This document shows, piece by piece, positions 11,301 to 21,006 of a DNA stretch of 64,000 nucleotides. The notes below the pieces were generated by a model. The model did not search any database. It was not told the DNA's origin and saw only the letters and a program-made list of their open reading frames with translations. The position numbers were made by a program, and so were the translations under genes. Source of the DNA: Bacteroidales bacterium (GTDB taxonomy: Bacteria; Bacteroidota; Bacteroidia; Bacteroidales; JAADJA01); contig JAWKKL010000013.1 in the NCBI GenBank assembly GCA_041393275.1, positions 308-64,307 on the forward strand, given 5' to 3'. Every line of letters starts with the position of its first letter. The stretch's first letter is position 1.

Positions 11301-12671
11301 AAAAGAATTGGATATTGTAAATTCTATTAAATTTCTCCAAAACTCATTCGAATCGCAGGCGATACAAAAAAATATTTCATTGCATTTCGACTCCACCCAT
11401 GAGAAAATAATAGGCTATTTCGATCCCGAAAGAATCAAATTCCATATTTACAAATCTATTATCGAATGCCATTAAATACACACCCGCCAATGGCCGGGTT
11501 GATGTGATTCTTTCAATTAACTTTGGAATTCAACACCCACACTTCTCGCCATCTGATGGATGTGTGGAAATCTCAGTTAAAAATACAGGCGATGGTATTC
11601 CCAGGGAAAAGATTCCTTATATATTTGACCGATATTACCGGGTTGACAACGAACTGACAGAAAAAGAAACGGAACAGGACTGGGCCTTACATTGGTAAGG
11701 AGTTGGTTCACCTACATAAGGGAATCATTAATGTAATGAGCATGGAAAATGAATTCACCGTATTTATAGTACGGTTGCCACTCGGACAACATCACTTAAA
11801 ACCTGAAGAAATAGATCGTTCGCAGGCAAATGTAATGAGTGATGTTTTTAAGAAAACTGCAATACCCAAAATAAAAGACGAACCAACTAAAAATGATGAA
11901 GATTTAATATCAGGCAGAAAAATAGTATTGGTAATTGAGGATAGCGAAGATATGAGGACCCTGATCCGGTTTGGCCTTCTGGATGATTACAAAATAATTG
12001 AGGCACAAGATGGTGAGGAGGGTGAAAAGATGGCTATCGAAACCTGTCCGGACCTGATTATTTGTGATGTATCCATGCCTAAAAAAGAAGGATTTGAAGT
12101 TGCCGCAAACCTGAAAAAAAATGAAATTACAAGTCATATTCCCATCATCCTTTTAACAGGGAGGGCAAGTCAATCAGATATAATCACCGGGCTTGAAACT
12201 GGGGTTGATGCTTACCTGACCAAACCATTTCACACTAAAGAATTAAAAATTAGAGTAAATAAATTGATGGAACAAAGAGAGAAACTTAAAGAAAAATAGG
12301 GCCGCCAAAATATTCTAAAACTAAATAATTTACACGAAAAATCAATCGACCAGGTTTTTCTTGAAAAAGTAATAAAAGTGATCGAATTGCATTTGGCAGA
12401 AGAAGATTTTACGGTTCAGACGCTCATTAAAGAAATGAGTGTAAGCCGTACGCAGATGCACCGGAAATTAAAAGCCCTCCTAAATCAATCAGCGAATGAA
12501 TTAATTCATAGTATTCGAATGCAAAAAGCTTCCGAAATGCTAAAAAATAAATCTGCTACCATAGCCGAAATTGCTTACCTTATTGGGCTTTCAAGTCCCC
12601 AATATTTTTCAAGAACGTTCAAACAATACTTTGGACATTCACCCTCTGAACATATTAAATCTCATTCTTAA
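8355..12671 (+). CDS. Hybrid two-component system (beta-propeller sensor, Y_Y_Y, TM, HisKA, HATPase, receiver, AraC HTH), broken by frameshifts and one in-frame TAG
   Basis: Pieces are 8355-11138, HisKA ANISHEFRTPL in another frame near 11105, 11504-11698, receiver 11703-12299 and AraC 12378-12671, the last in frame with the receiver across TAG 12297-12299. Probably assembly errors, but a pseudogene is not excluded. Confidence 0.9.
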
Positions 12672-12702
12672 ATACACTTTTTTATAAATTCTTTTCCTGA
12701 TC

Positions 12703-12770
12703 TTGGAACAATAAGGCAAGGATTTGGAACATCAGGATTAACTTATTGGGCTATGGCAACCCTATCTTTG
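12703..12770 (+). promoter_or_regulatory. Putative HTCS-activated promoter: TTGGAACA direct repeat (21-bp period) plus -7 element TATCTTTG
   Basis: TTGGAACA at 12703 and 12724; TATCTTTG at 12763-12770. Confidence 0.55.
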
Positions 12771-12774
12771 TATT

Positions 12775-13069
12775 TTATTCTTTTATGAAAATAAGCAGGT
12801 TATTGAAATTGCATAAACTTTTCTTTTTCAATACCTTTATTACAATGACTTAACGTCATCCTCAACCTAACAGGGGCATTATCCTATCCAGGTTAATGCC
12901 CACAGGTAGTAGAGGGTCGATTGAATTTCAGGATAAGGTTAAATAAAAGCATAAAAAGATATTTTCAAGAATTTTAACATAAGTATCGAAAATAATCGTA
13001 ATGCCAAAACCAGATTAGATTGGTAGTTCTCTATACGAAAAGAGCCTGAATTAAAACTCAGGCTCTTTT
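12775..13069 (+). ncRNA. Candidate structured small RNA (or small-peptide mRNA) downstream of the HTCS
   Basis: Promoter at the 5' end, three consecutive hairpins, terminator at the 3' end. The only ORF I found is 22 codons. Confidence 0.3.
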
Positions 13070-13074
13070 ATTTT
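13038..13074. terminator. Bidirectional intrinsic terminator
   Basis: AAAAGAGCCTGA-attaaaac-TCAGGCTCTTTT, at the 3' end of the convergent hydrolase gene. Confidence 0.8.
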
Positions 13075-13937
13075 CAGGGGTATAATGAACCATCAAGAAA
13101 TTCTTTTATCCGTTCCCAAAATCCGGGAAATTTATGGCAATCAGAGTGGCCGGCACCATCAATGATCCATAGTTGCGAATGAACGGTATGTGATGCATGA
13201 AATAATTTTTGAGCCTGGTTTACCGGCGCCGTAACATCATCGCTTCCATGAATCAACAACAATTTGGCGTTGATATTTTGAACATGCCGTTCTGGTGCAA
13301 AGGTGTTAAATTTCAATCCGATTTTAAGTTCTACATATTTCAAAAAAACATATACGAAAGGGAAATATGGAATATGCCGTTTTTTAAATTCAAGTTCCAT
13401 GATCTCATCCGGATTTGCAAATGCGCCGACTGTTACAACACTTTTTATCCGTCTATCTTTTGCTGCTGCATAAATGGCTGCCGATCCACCCATTGACAAC
13501 CCAAGCACTCCAATTTCATTTATTCCAGTATCTTTCCGGCTAAGTATGTAGTCGATCGCTGCCAACATATCTTCTGTAAATTTCGGCATCGTAGCAATTC
13601 CGTCCTTATCACTTTTACCATGGTTCCTGGCATCGAAAACTAACAAGTTATATTCATGATAAAGTTCCTTTATATAAGGCAGCATACGCTCAACATTCCG
13701 GCGCCAGCCATGGACTAATATCAAAACAGGCTTAAGATTACAATTTTCAGATGGAATCCACCAGGCATATAATTTGAGATTATTAACGGTTTTAATCCAA
13801 ACTTCTTCAAATTTAATTCCAAGTGCTTCGGGTGTTGTCGTATGCGGAATAGGCATTGTTTTGTATGCATTGGCCATAAAAATGAACAAAACAACTGATC
13901 CAAGAATAAAAAGAATAAGGACAATCAGCAACCACAT
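13074..13937 (-). CDS. Membrane-anchored alpha/beta hydrolase
   Basis: LVHG, FDARNHGKS, GLSMGG nucleophile elbow, IHGSDD and GAGH. N-terminal TM helix from MWLL (13937). Confidence 0.9.
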   Translation of the reverse strand: MWLLIVLILFILGSVVLFIFMANAYKTMPIPHTTTPEALGIKFEEVWIKTVNNLKLYAWWIPSENCNLKPVLILVHGWRRNVERMLPYIKELYHEYNLLVFDARNHGKSDKDGIATMPKFTEDMLAAIDYILSRKDTGINEIGVLGLSMGGSAAIYAAAKDRRIKSVVTVGAFANPDEIMELEFKKRHIPYFPFVYVFLKYVELKIGLKFNTFAPERHVQNINAKLLLIHGSDDVTAPVNQAQKLFHASHTVHSQLWIIDGAGHSDCHKFPGFWERIKEFLDGSLYP

Positions 13938-14027
13938 ACAATTGGAATTTGACAGTAAAGAAATGAAAAGTAAACTTACCACTGAAATTTTTCAAACAAA
14001 AAAGATAAAAATGTGTTTCTTTACCAT

Positions 14028-14324
14028 ATGTTTAAAAAGTTAAAAAATAAATGGGGAATCGAAAGCAATTACCAGTTTTGGCTGATCTTTTCGATTTTTG
14101 GAATAAGCGGGACTTCCATGCTTTTTATTAAACCACATCTTTTTGATTTTATCGGCATCAACTCTTCAACCCACCCGATCCTATATGTACTTTTATACAT
14201 ACTTACTATTACCCCTGCCTATTTTGTTGTATTGTTCGCACTGGGAAGTTTGGCTGGTCAATTCCGTTTTTTCTGGGAATTCAAAAAAAGGATGATCAAA
14301 AAAATATGCACTGCTTTTAGATAG
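14028..14324 (+). CDS. Small membrane protein, DUF6787-like
   Basis: MFKKLKNKWGIESNYQFWLIF...GQFRFFWEFKKRM pattern with two TM helices. Confidence 0.7.
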   Translation: MFKKLKNKWGIESNYQFWLIFSIFGISGTSMLFIKPHLFDFIGINSSTHPILYVLLYILTITPAYFVVLFALGSLAGQFRFFWEFKKRMIKKICTAFR

Positions 14325-14449
14325 CACTTGATTCTTAAGAAATTATCCAGTTCGGTATAATTAAGAATAAACTGTTGATAAGCTTCGTTCTCTATTTTTC
14401 ATATCCCGAAAGTTTCAGGCTATCTTTGATTTGTTTAAATTGATCATTC

Positions 14450-15004
14450 TTGAACGAAAATCAGGCACATACACATCTAAATCGTTCTGACTTTGAAAAA
14501 TTATTCAAGGAATTGTATTCTTCCTTGTGCCATTTTGCTTATGGATTTATCTATGATTTTGACAATGCCCAGGAAATCGCACAGGATGTATTTATTAATT
14601 TGTGGCAAACGAGGGAAACAATAGATCCAAAAAAGTCAGTTAAATCTTACCTGTTTACATCCGTAAAAAATCGTTGCTTAAATTATATCCGTGATCATAA
14701 AAAATTCCGAAGTCAGTATTTGGATGTTGAACTGGAACTGGAAATTCCGGTGGAGGATAAAGATATTTTTTCTGAGAATGAAAGAAAAGAAAGGATAAAT
14801 CAGGCATTAGACAAACTTCCGGAAAAATGCCGCGAAGTTTTTGAACTAAGCCGTTTTGATGAGATGAAATATAAAGATATTGCCGAAAAAATGGATATCT
14901 CTATAAAAACCGTTGAAGTGCATATGTCGAAAGCCTTAAAAATACTTCGTGAAGAATTAAAGGATTTAGTGCTTTTGTTATTGATAATATTAAATTTAAA
15001 ATAA
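14450..15004 (+). CDS. ECF RNA polymerase sigma-70 factor (FecI-like, Bacteroidetes expansion family)
   Basis: AQEIAQDVFINLW, SVKNRCLNY, LPEKCREVFELSR and ISIKTVEVHMSKAL; adjacent to fecR. Confidence 0.93.
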   Translation: MNENQAHTHLNRSDFEKLFKELYSSLCHFAYGFIYDFDNAQEIAQDVFINLWQTRETIDPKKSVKSYLFTSVKNRCLNYIRDHKKFRSQYLDVELELEIPVEDKDIFSENERKERINQALDKLPEKCREVFELSRFDEMKYKDIAEKMDISIKTVEVHMSKALKILREELKDLVLLLLIILNLK

Positions 15005-15029
15005 GGGTAAATGATCCTGAATGTGTATT
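15002..15029 (+). promoter_or_regulatory. Putative cognate ECF promoter, copy 1 (fecR-TBDR)
   Basis: TAAGGGTA-N11-ATGTGTATT; a near-identical copy lies at 19781. Confidence 0.7.
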
Positions 15030-15047
15030 TTATTTGATAATAAATAA

Positions 15048-16049
15048 ATGAGCGCCAGCAACAAACATAAAGACTATGACGAATTGATCGCCAGATACCT
15101 TTCCGGCGAAACTTCAACCGATGAAGTGCTTCGATTAGAAAGCTGGGTGAAAGAAGATGAATTGAATAAAAAACGTTTTATTGAATTCAAACGGGCATGG
15201 CAATTATCCAACTCTGCTTCGAAATCTTTTGACACTAATAAGGCATGGAATAAAATTGAAGGTTCAATAGTTGAAACCCGAAAAGATACCAATGCAATCC
15301 ATTTTAAAGCTAAAAAAACAAATACCATTTTCTATCGGATTGCGGCCAGTGTTATTGTTTTACTTTCGGTTGGACTTACGTTGTATTTTTTGCTTTACAA
15401 CAAAAATGTAGAATTAATAGCCAATGATTCAGCATTAACAGAAAGGTTAATTGATGGGTCTGAAATTACACTTAACGTAAATTCAAGTTTAACTGTCTTG
15501 AAAAATTTTAATAAAAAAGAGAGACTGGTTAAACTTAGTGGCGACGCTTTTTTTGATATTAAACCAAACCCTGAAAAACCATTCATTATCAATGCCGGTA
15601 AGGCCACAATCAAGGTTTTGGGAACGTCATTTTATGTGAATGCTAAAACAGACTCACCGGAAATTGAAGTTACAGTTACTACCGGAAAAGTTGCCATGAT
15701 ATCAGAAACAGGCGAAGAAATCAATCTTATTGCCGGTGAAACAGGCCGATACAATAAACTGATTGACAAACTTATCAAAGAGGAAACCAAAGATCAAAAT
15801 GTGCTTTCCTGGAAAACCCGCAAAATTAAGTTCGAAAATACCAGCTTATTGGAGGTAGTAAAAGTGCTGAATAATTCTTACAATGTACATATTCAACTTG
15901 AAAATTCAGACCTTGAAAATTGCCGGTTGACCGCAAACTTTGATCATCAATCTTTAGCAAATGTCTTGTTAATCATTGAAGAAACCCTTGATATCACTTC
16001 GAAAAAAACAGACAATATAATAACCCTTTCGGGAAACAGGTGCAATTAG
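15048..16049 (+). CDS. fecR: FecR family anti-sigma factor
   Basis: TM helix after RIAAS; LIDGSEITLN, LSGDAFF and KVLGTSF motifs; C-terminal FENTSLLEV. Confidence 0.92.
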   Translation: MSASNKHKDYDELIARYLSGETSTDEVLRLESWVKEDELNKKRFIEFKRAWQLSNSASKSFDTNKAWNKIEGSIVETRKDTNAIHFKAKKTNTIFYRIAASVIVLLSVGLTLYFLLYNKNVELIANDSALTERLIDGSEITLNVNSSLTVLKNFNKKERLVKLSGDAFFDIKPNPEKPFIINAGKATIKVLGTSFYVNAKTDSPEIEVTVTTGKVAMISETGEEINLIAGETGRYNKLIDKLIKEETKDQNVLSWKTRKIKFENTSLLEVVKVLNNSYNVHIQLENSDLENCRLTANFDHQSLANVLLIIEETLDITSKKTDNIITLSGNRCN

Positions 16050-18664
16050 ATGGTTTGGCGTTTGAAACATATCCTCCTTTTGTTGTTAATCCTGCAATTT
16101 TATCATGTTTTCAGCCAGGATACGCTATTGAATAAAAAAATTTCATTGGATGCTGACAATGTTTCGCTTGATTGGGTTCTCGCTGAAATAACAAATCAAA
16201 CCGGTATTAATTTTTCATACAACAATAAAAGTATACAATCTGAAAAAACTACCACCCTGCATGTTAGAGATCAAAGCCTTCAGCAGGTTTTAAATGGTTT
16301 AAGTTCGGCGTATAAACTGGAGTATAAGATCGTAAAAGAGCAGATCATTTTAAAACCTTTGCGAAAAAAAGATGATCAAGTTCAACAGTTTACCGTTAGC
16401 GGCTATCTTCGCGATAAAGAAAGCGGGGAAACCCTACCCGGGGCTACTGTCCTGGCCGAAAATTCCGGTATGGGAACCATCACAAATGCTTACGGATTTT
16501 ATTCACTTACCTTACCGGAAGGTGAACATACCTTAACGTTTACTTTTGTCGGGTTTAAAGAACAAACGGAAGTCATCGAATTGACCGAGAACCTGAAAAT
16601 GAACCTTACACTGATCTTCAACACGCAACTTTTGGGTGAAATTACCATTGAAACAAACGAGCAGGTTGAACAAATTGAAAAAAGCCAAATGAGCCGAATC
16701 AAAATAAATCCCAAAAGTCTTTCAACTATGCCCGAATTTGCCGGCGAAGTGGGATTAATAAAAAGCCTGCAATCGTTACCCGGAATTAAAACCCACAGCG
16801 ATGGTTCTGCTTTTTTCTTTGTTCGGGGTGGCAACAAGGACCAAAACCTTATACTGATTGACGATGCGCCCATTTATAACCCTGCTCATTTATTTGGCTA
16901 TTATTCTGTTATTATTCCTGATGTTGCAAAGGAAATTAATATTTACAAAGGCGACCTTCCCATTGAAAAAGGCGATCGTTTGTCAAGTGTGATTGATGTT
17001 CAGACAAAAGATGGAAACCTCAATAAATTTGAATTTAATGGCGTGTTAAGTCCGTACATGTATCGGTTTTCTGCTGAAGGGCCGTTAGCAAAACAAAAAA
17101 GTTCATTTTATACTTCTTTCCGGCACTCCAACTTCAGGTGGTTATATCGAAGGGCGGCACCCGACAATGATTTGTATTTATTTGATATCAACGCAAAACT
17201 TAACTGGAGAATAAACCAAAACAACCGCTTTTATTTTTCCTTTTTTTATGGGGCTGATAATTTTACCAATTCCAACATAAATGATCCGGGTGGAATTAAA
17301 TGGTATAATTTCACCACCACACTCCGCTGGAACCATGTTTTTAATAGCCGTCTTTTTTCTAATGCAACGTTGTATGGAAGCCGCTACGAATATTCACTCT
17401 TAACTACCGGAACCCATTGGAATTCAAGCATAGGCAACGTAAGCCTCAAATATGATTTGACATGGTATTCAAACCCTGATTTAACGTTTAAATTTGGGTT
17501 TAGCCAAACCGGTCAGGATTTTGATCCAGGCAATTTAACGGAGGCAGAAAACAATCCCTACGTCCCGCAGATTGCAAAAAGTCAGGGCAATAAATTCGTC
17601 TTGTACGCCAACGGGGAACAAAATCTAACTGAACGTTTCTCTTATAAAATTGGGCTTCGTATGCCTGTTTGGAATAGCACCGGCCCTACCACTATTTATC
17701 AGTTTGATACGGAGTATAATGTTACTGATACATTGGAATACGCTGAAAATGAATCAGTCAAAACCTTTGTAAATCTTGATCCCAGGATCAGTTTAAAGTA
17801 CAAACTCGGTCAAACGGCTTCCCTTAAATTCAGCTATGGAATTTATCATCAATACATTCATCTGATTTCGAATTCTATTAGCCCATTTACTTCTTTTGAA
17901 ATTTGGTTGCCAAGCGGGCCGAACATAAAACCGCAACGGGCCGATCAGGTGGCCTTGGGGCTTTATAAGTTATTTGAAAAAACAAACCTTGAACTTATAT
18001 CTGAAGTGTATTATAAAATGATGTATAACCAGATTGATTATGAGTCGCACGCAAACCTACTTCTTAATCCATTAATCGAAGGCGAACTTAGATTTGGTAC
18101 AGGCCGATCCTATGGTTTTGAGTTTATGTTAAGAAAAACCAAAGGACGACTTACCGGCTGGGTTAGTTATACCTATTCCCGAATTTTAAATGAAATTGAA
18201 GGGTAAATAATGGACATGAATTCCCGGCCTATTACGACAGGCCCAATGACTTTTCATTGTTTCTATCCTATCATTTGACCAAAAAATTAAATCTCTCAGC
18301 AAATTGGGTGTATTACACCGGATCGGCCTTTTCAACCCCCATAAGTTTTTATTCATACAACGGATATACGGTTCCTTTATATGGAGATAAGAACAATGAC
18401 CGTCTTCCTGATTATCACCGGCTGGATGTAGCCCTGGCGTGGCAAATTAACAAACCGGAAAATAAATATCAGCACAGCTTTACTTTTGCCATTTATAACT
18501 TTTACAATCGACACAATCCGGTTTCGATCAACTTTAATAAAATAGAATCACCGGACGGAAGTTATGAGGTTCCTCAAAACCTGTATGGTTCTGAACAAAT
18601 TTTAACAACCCAAAAATACCTGGCAGGCATTATGCCTTCAATAACGTATAAGTTTAAGATTTAA
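16050..18664 (+). CDS. TonB-dependent transducer (STN, carboxypeptidase-regulatory-like, plug, barrel), frameshift near 18200
   Basis: LPGI...VRGGNKDQNLILIDDAPIYN plug; C-terminal RLPDYHRLD...PSITYKFKI. Adding one G to GAAGGGTAA joins the two ORFs (EGVNNGHEFPAYYDRPND). Confidence 0.9.
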
Positions 18665-19632
18665 TGATTAAGCATTATAAGATATATAATCAAATTAAAA
18701 TCGTCATTGCGAATCTCTGGGCAGGCATGTGGGAAGTAATGAAGCAATCTCAAAGTAGGCTGCTTTATACAATTAATTACAAAGATTGCTTCGCTCCGCC
18801 GCTTAGGCCAGCGCTATGGCTCGCAATGACGGCAGCAAGTTTGCTCCTGGTCACTTCCTGCGAAGAAAAAATTGACTGGCAATTGGAAACGGAATATGTT
18901 AATACCATCGTGGTTAACGGTATCATTACGAATGAAGTTAAATACCAGCAAATCAGATTGACTAAACCATTTGCAAGTCAAAACGATCAACCGGTAGCTG
19001 TATCCGGAGCTTCTATAAAAATTATAGTTGATAATGTCCAGGTTCAGTTTTTTGAATCGCCTGAAAATAAAGGGTATTATATCAGTGAAATACCTGTTGC
19101 CGCTACCGTTGATAAAACCTATCAATTGTTTATTCAATCTGAAGGAAAAGATTATGATGCTAAAACGTATATGATCCCAGTCATCCCTACAGCACCCCCT
19201 TACTGGGTTTATAACGCAACCAAAGAACTTTATACCATTGGTTGGCCGGCAGGTCAATACAGTCAGTTTGAGCAAGCCATGTACGAAGCAGAAATATCAT
19301 GGACTCATTTATTGGATTCTGCTTATACTGATTCTGTTTCTACTGCCAAATTGATGTATTATACCTTTAATACTATTGATGTTAGTTATGTGATTTTTCC
19401 TCAAGATAAAGAAGAGGTTTATTTTCCACTTTACAGTAAGGCTGTTGTTAAGAAATATTCCCTCACCGATGAATATGCTGCATTTCTCAGGGCTTTACTT
19501 GCTGAAACCGAATGGCAGGGAAGTTTATTTGAAGATGCCAGGGGAAATTTGCCGGGCAATATTTCCAATGGCGGACTTGGGTATTTTGGTGCCTGTTCGG
19601 TAATTTCGGATACCCTTTTGGTTGGACTTTAA
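18664..19632 (+). CDS. DUF4249-type lipoprotein partner of the TBDR, with a palindromic insert in its signal peptide
   Basis: TAATG overlap with the TBDR stop; lipobox VTSC at Cys66; C-terminal NLPGNISNGGLGYFGA. Confidence 0.82.
   Translation: MIKHYKIYNQIKIVIANLWAGMWEVMKQSQSRLLYTINYKDCFAPPLRPALWLAMTAASLLLVTSCEEKIDWQLETEYVNTIVVNGIITNEVKYQQIRLTKPFASQNDQPVAVSGASIKIIVDNVQVQFFESPENKGYYISEIPVAATVDKTYQLFIQSEGKDYDAKTYMIPVIPTAPPYWVYNATKELYTIGWPAGQYSQFEQAMYEAEISWTHLLDSAYTDSVSTAKLMYYTFNTIDVSYVIFPQDKEEVYFPLYSKAVVKKYSLTDEYAAFLRALLAETEWQGSLFEDARGNLPGNISNGGLGYFGACSVISDTLLVGL
18702..18831. repeat. Nested palindromic element (RPE/REP-like), copy 1, in frame within the CDS
   Basis: Perfect outer arms CGTCATTGCGA (18702-12) / TCGCAATGACG (18821-31). 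Perfect inner arms GAAGCAATCT (18741-50) / AGATTGCTTC (18783-92). Confidence 0.85.
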
Positions 19633-19780
19633 TTGTTTCAAATTCTTAGCTTCAATGCCAATGAGGATTCGTTTTTCTTGCAAAATATTCATTTGTCTTA
19701 TTTTCGCATAAACAAAATTTGAACAATCTTCTCTTAATAATTCATACTATTGGTCTATTCTTAAAAAAATCATCCAGTTG

Positions 19781-19808
19781 TAGGGGTATTTCATTTTTAA
19801 TGTGTATT
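19781..19808 (+). promoter_or_regulatory. Putative cognate ECF promoter, copy 2
   Basis: TAGGGGTA-N11-ATGTGTATT, ending 39 nt before ATG 19848. Confidence 0.7.
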
Positions 19809-19847
19809 ACTTCCAAAATCAAGTAATATTAATTAAAATTTAGAAAA

Positions 19848-20954
19848 ATGAAAACAACAAAAGTAATCTTAACCGTAGGTGTCCTTTTCTTTTCGATTGT
19901 CTTTCAATCATGCCAGAAAAACGAATCAAATCTAAATCAACAGGAAAAAAACATCATGCCTGAACGCTTTAAAGTCGACATCCCCAGTTCCATCAGTTCC
20001 ATCTCATATTATAAAGATGCGAATATCGATACCCTGCAGGGAAACGATATTTATGAGCATTTACGCACGTTCATTCACATCGGGGAATGTGCGGCTGACA
20101 TTGTGGGTGAGATCATCCTTGTGATTTCGTGGCACAACCTGAGTCAACCCATGTCGTTTACATTTACAAGCGATGATGATAACCGGCTAAAACATGTTGA
20201 TATTATTGAAAATGCAACATTTGAAGGCTATACATGGCAATACAAAATGACCATTACCGATGAAGGCCCGTCAGAAAACATCGAAAACACTGCACTTCAA
20301 ATTTTCTGGGATAAATATCCGATCAAAGGCATTGCAATGTTGAATCCGTATAATATCGACCGCACCACAAATCCTATCTATGCCCAAACCATGTACCGGA
20401 TCGAATACAGCGAAGGGGGCGAAGCGGGTTATTCACATCATATGATCGTTACCATAGACGGCTTGCCCCTTGAAGAACCTCTGATTAACCCTTATTCGAT
20501 TTCAACGTTAAAAATGTTTGTGGGTAAAAATGGCGATGATATTAGTGTTTATGGAAATTCAGAACATCCAAATGCCACCTTCTTTTCTGGTGAAACTGGT
20601 TTTGACTGGGCGTTTACTGCAGCAGGAAAAGAAAGTATAAATATCGGGGTGGCCGAAGTAGGACTACCTTCAAATACATTAAATTCAAGCGACCGCTATA
20701 CCTTACTGGTAGAAAACTCAATCCACAATGTTTTTGAAAAACAGATTTATGGCGTTTGGCCATGGATTGATCCTGCGACAGTTGAGGCATACCTCTATAA
20801 TACTGAGGCACCAGGATTTTTCGACTATAATGGTTTTGTGCAGGGAAGTACTGCGCCAAACGAAAAATACAACTCACTATTAACTATTATCGCCGGATTA
20901 ACACCTTATAATCCGCTTGACATTCATAATCTTCAAATTGAATTTGACGACTAA
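19848..20954 (+). CDS. Hypothetical lipoprotein
   Basis: 368-aa ORF with lipobox FQSC; no family recognised. Confidence 0.8.
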   Translation: MKTTKVILTVGVLFFSIVFQSCQKNESNLNQQEKNIMPERFKVDIPSSISSISYYKDANIDTLQGNDIYEHLRTFIHIGECAADIVGEIILVISWHNLSQPMSFTFTSDDDNRLKHVDIIENATFEGYTWQYKMTITDEGPSENIENTALQIFWDKYPIKGIAMLNPYNIDRTTNPIYAQTMYRIEYSEGGEAGYSHHMIVTIDGLPLEEPLINPYSISTLKMFVGKNGDDISVYGNSEHPNATFFSGETGFDWAFTAAGKESINIGVAEVGLPSNTLNSSDRYTLLVENSIHNVFEKQIYGVWPWIDPATVEAYLYNTEAPGFFDYNGFVQGSTAPNEKYNSLLTIIAGLTPYNPLDIHNLQIEFDD

Positions 20955-20975
20955 ACTATATTATCATCCCATGTT

Positions 20976-21006
20976 AAAGGCATTCCCCAATGGGGTGCCT
21001 TTTTTT
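20976..21006. terminator. Bidirectional intrinsic terminator
   Basis: AAAGGCATTCCCC-aat-GGGGTGCCTTTTTT between convergent genes. Confidence 0.75.

Noticed and set aside
15048..18206. FecR-TBDR readthrough fusion (TAG directly followed by in-frame ATG)
   Set aside because: The TBDR has its own signal peptide, and abutting genes are normal for this module.
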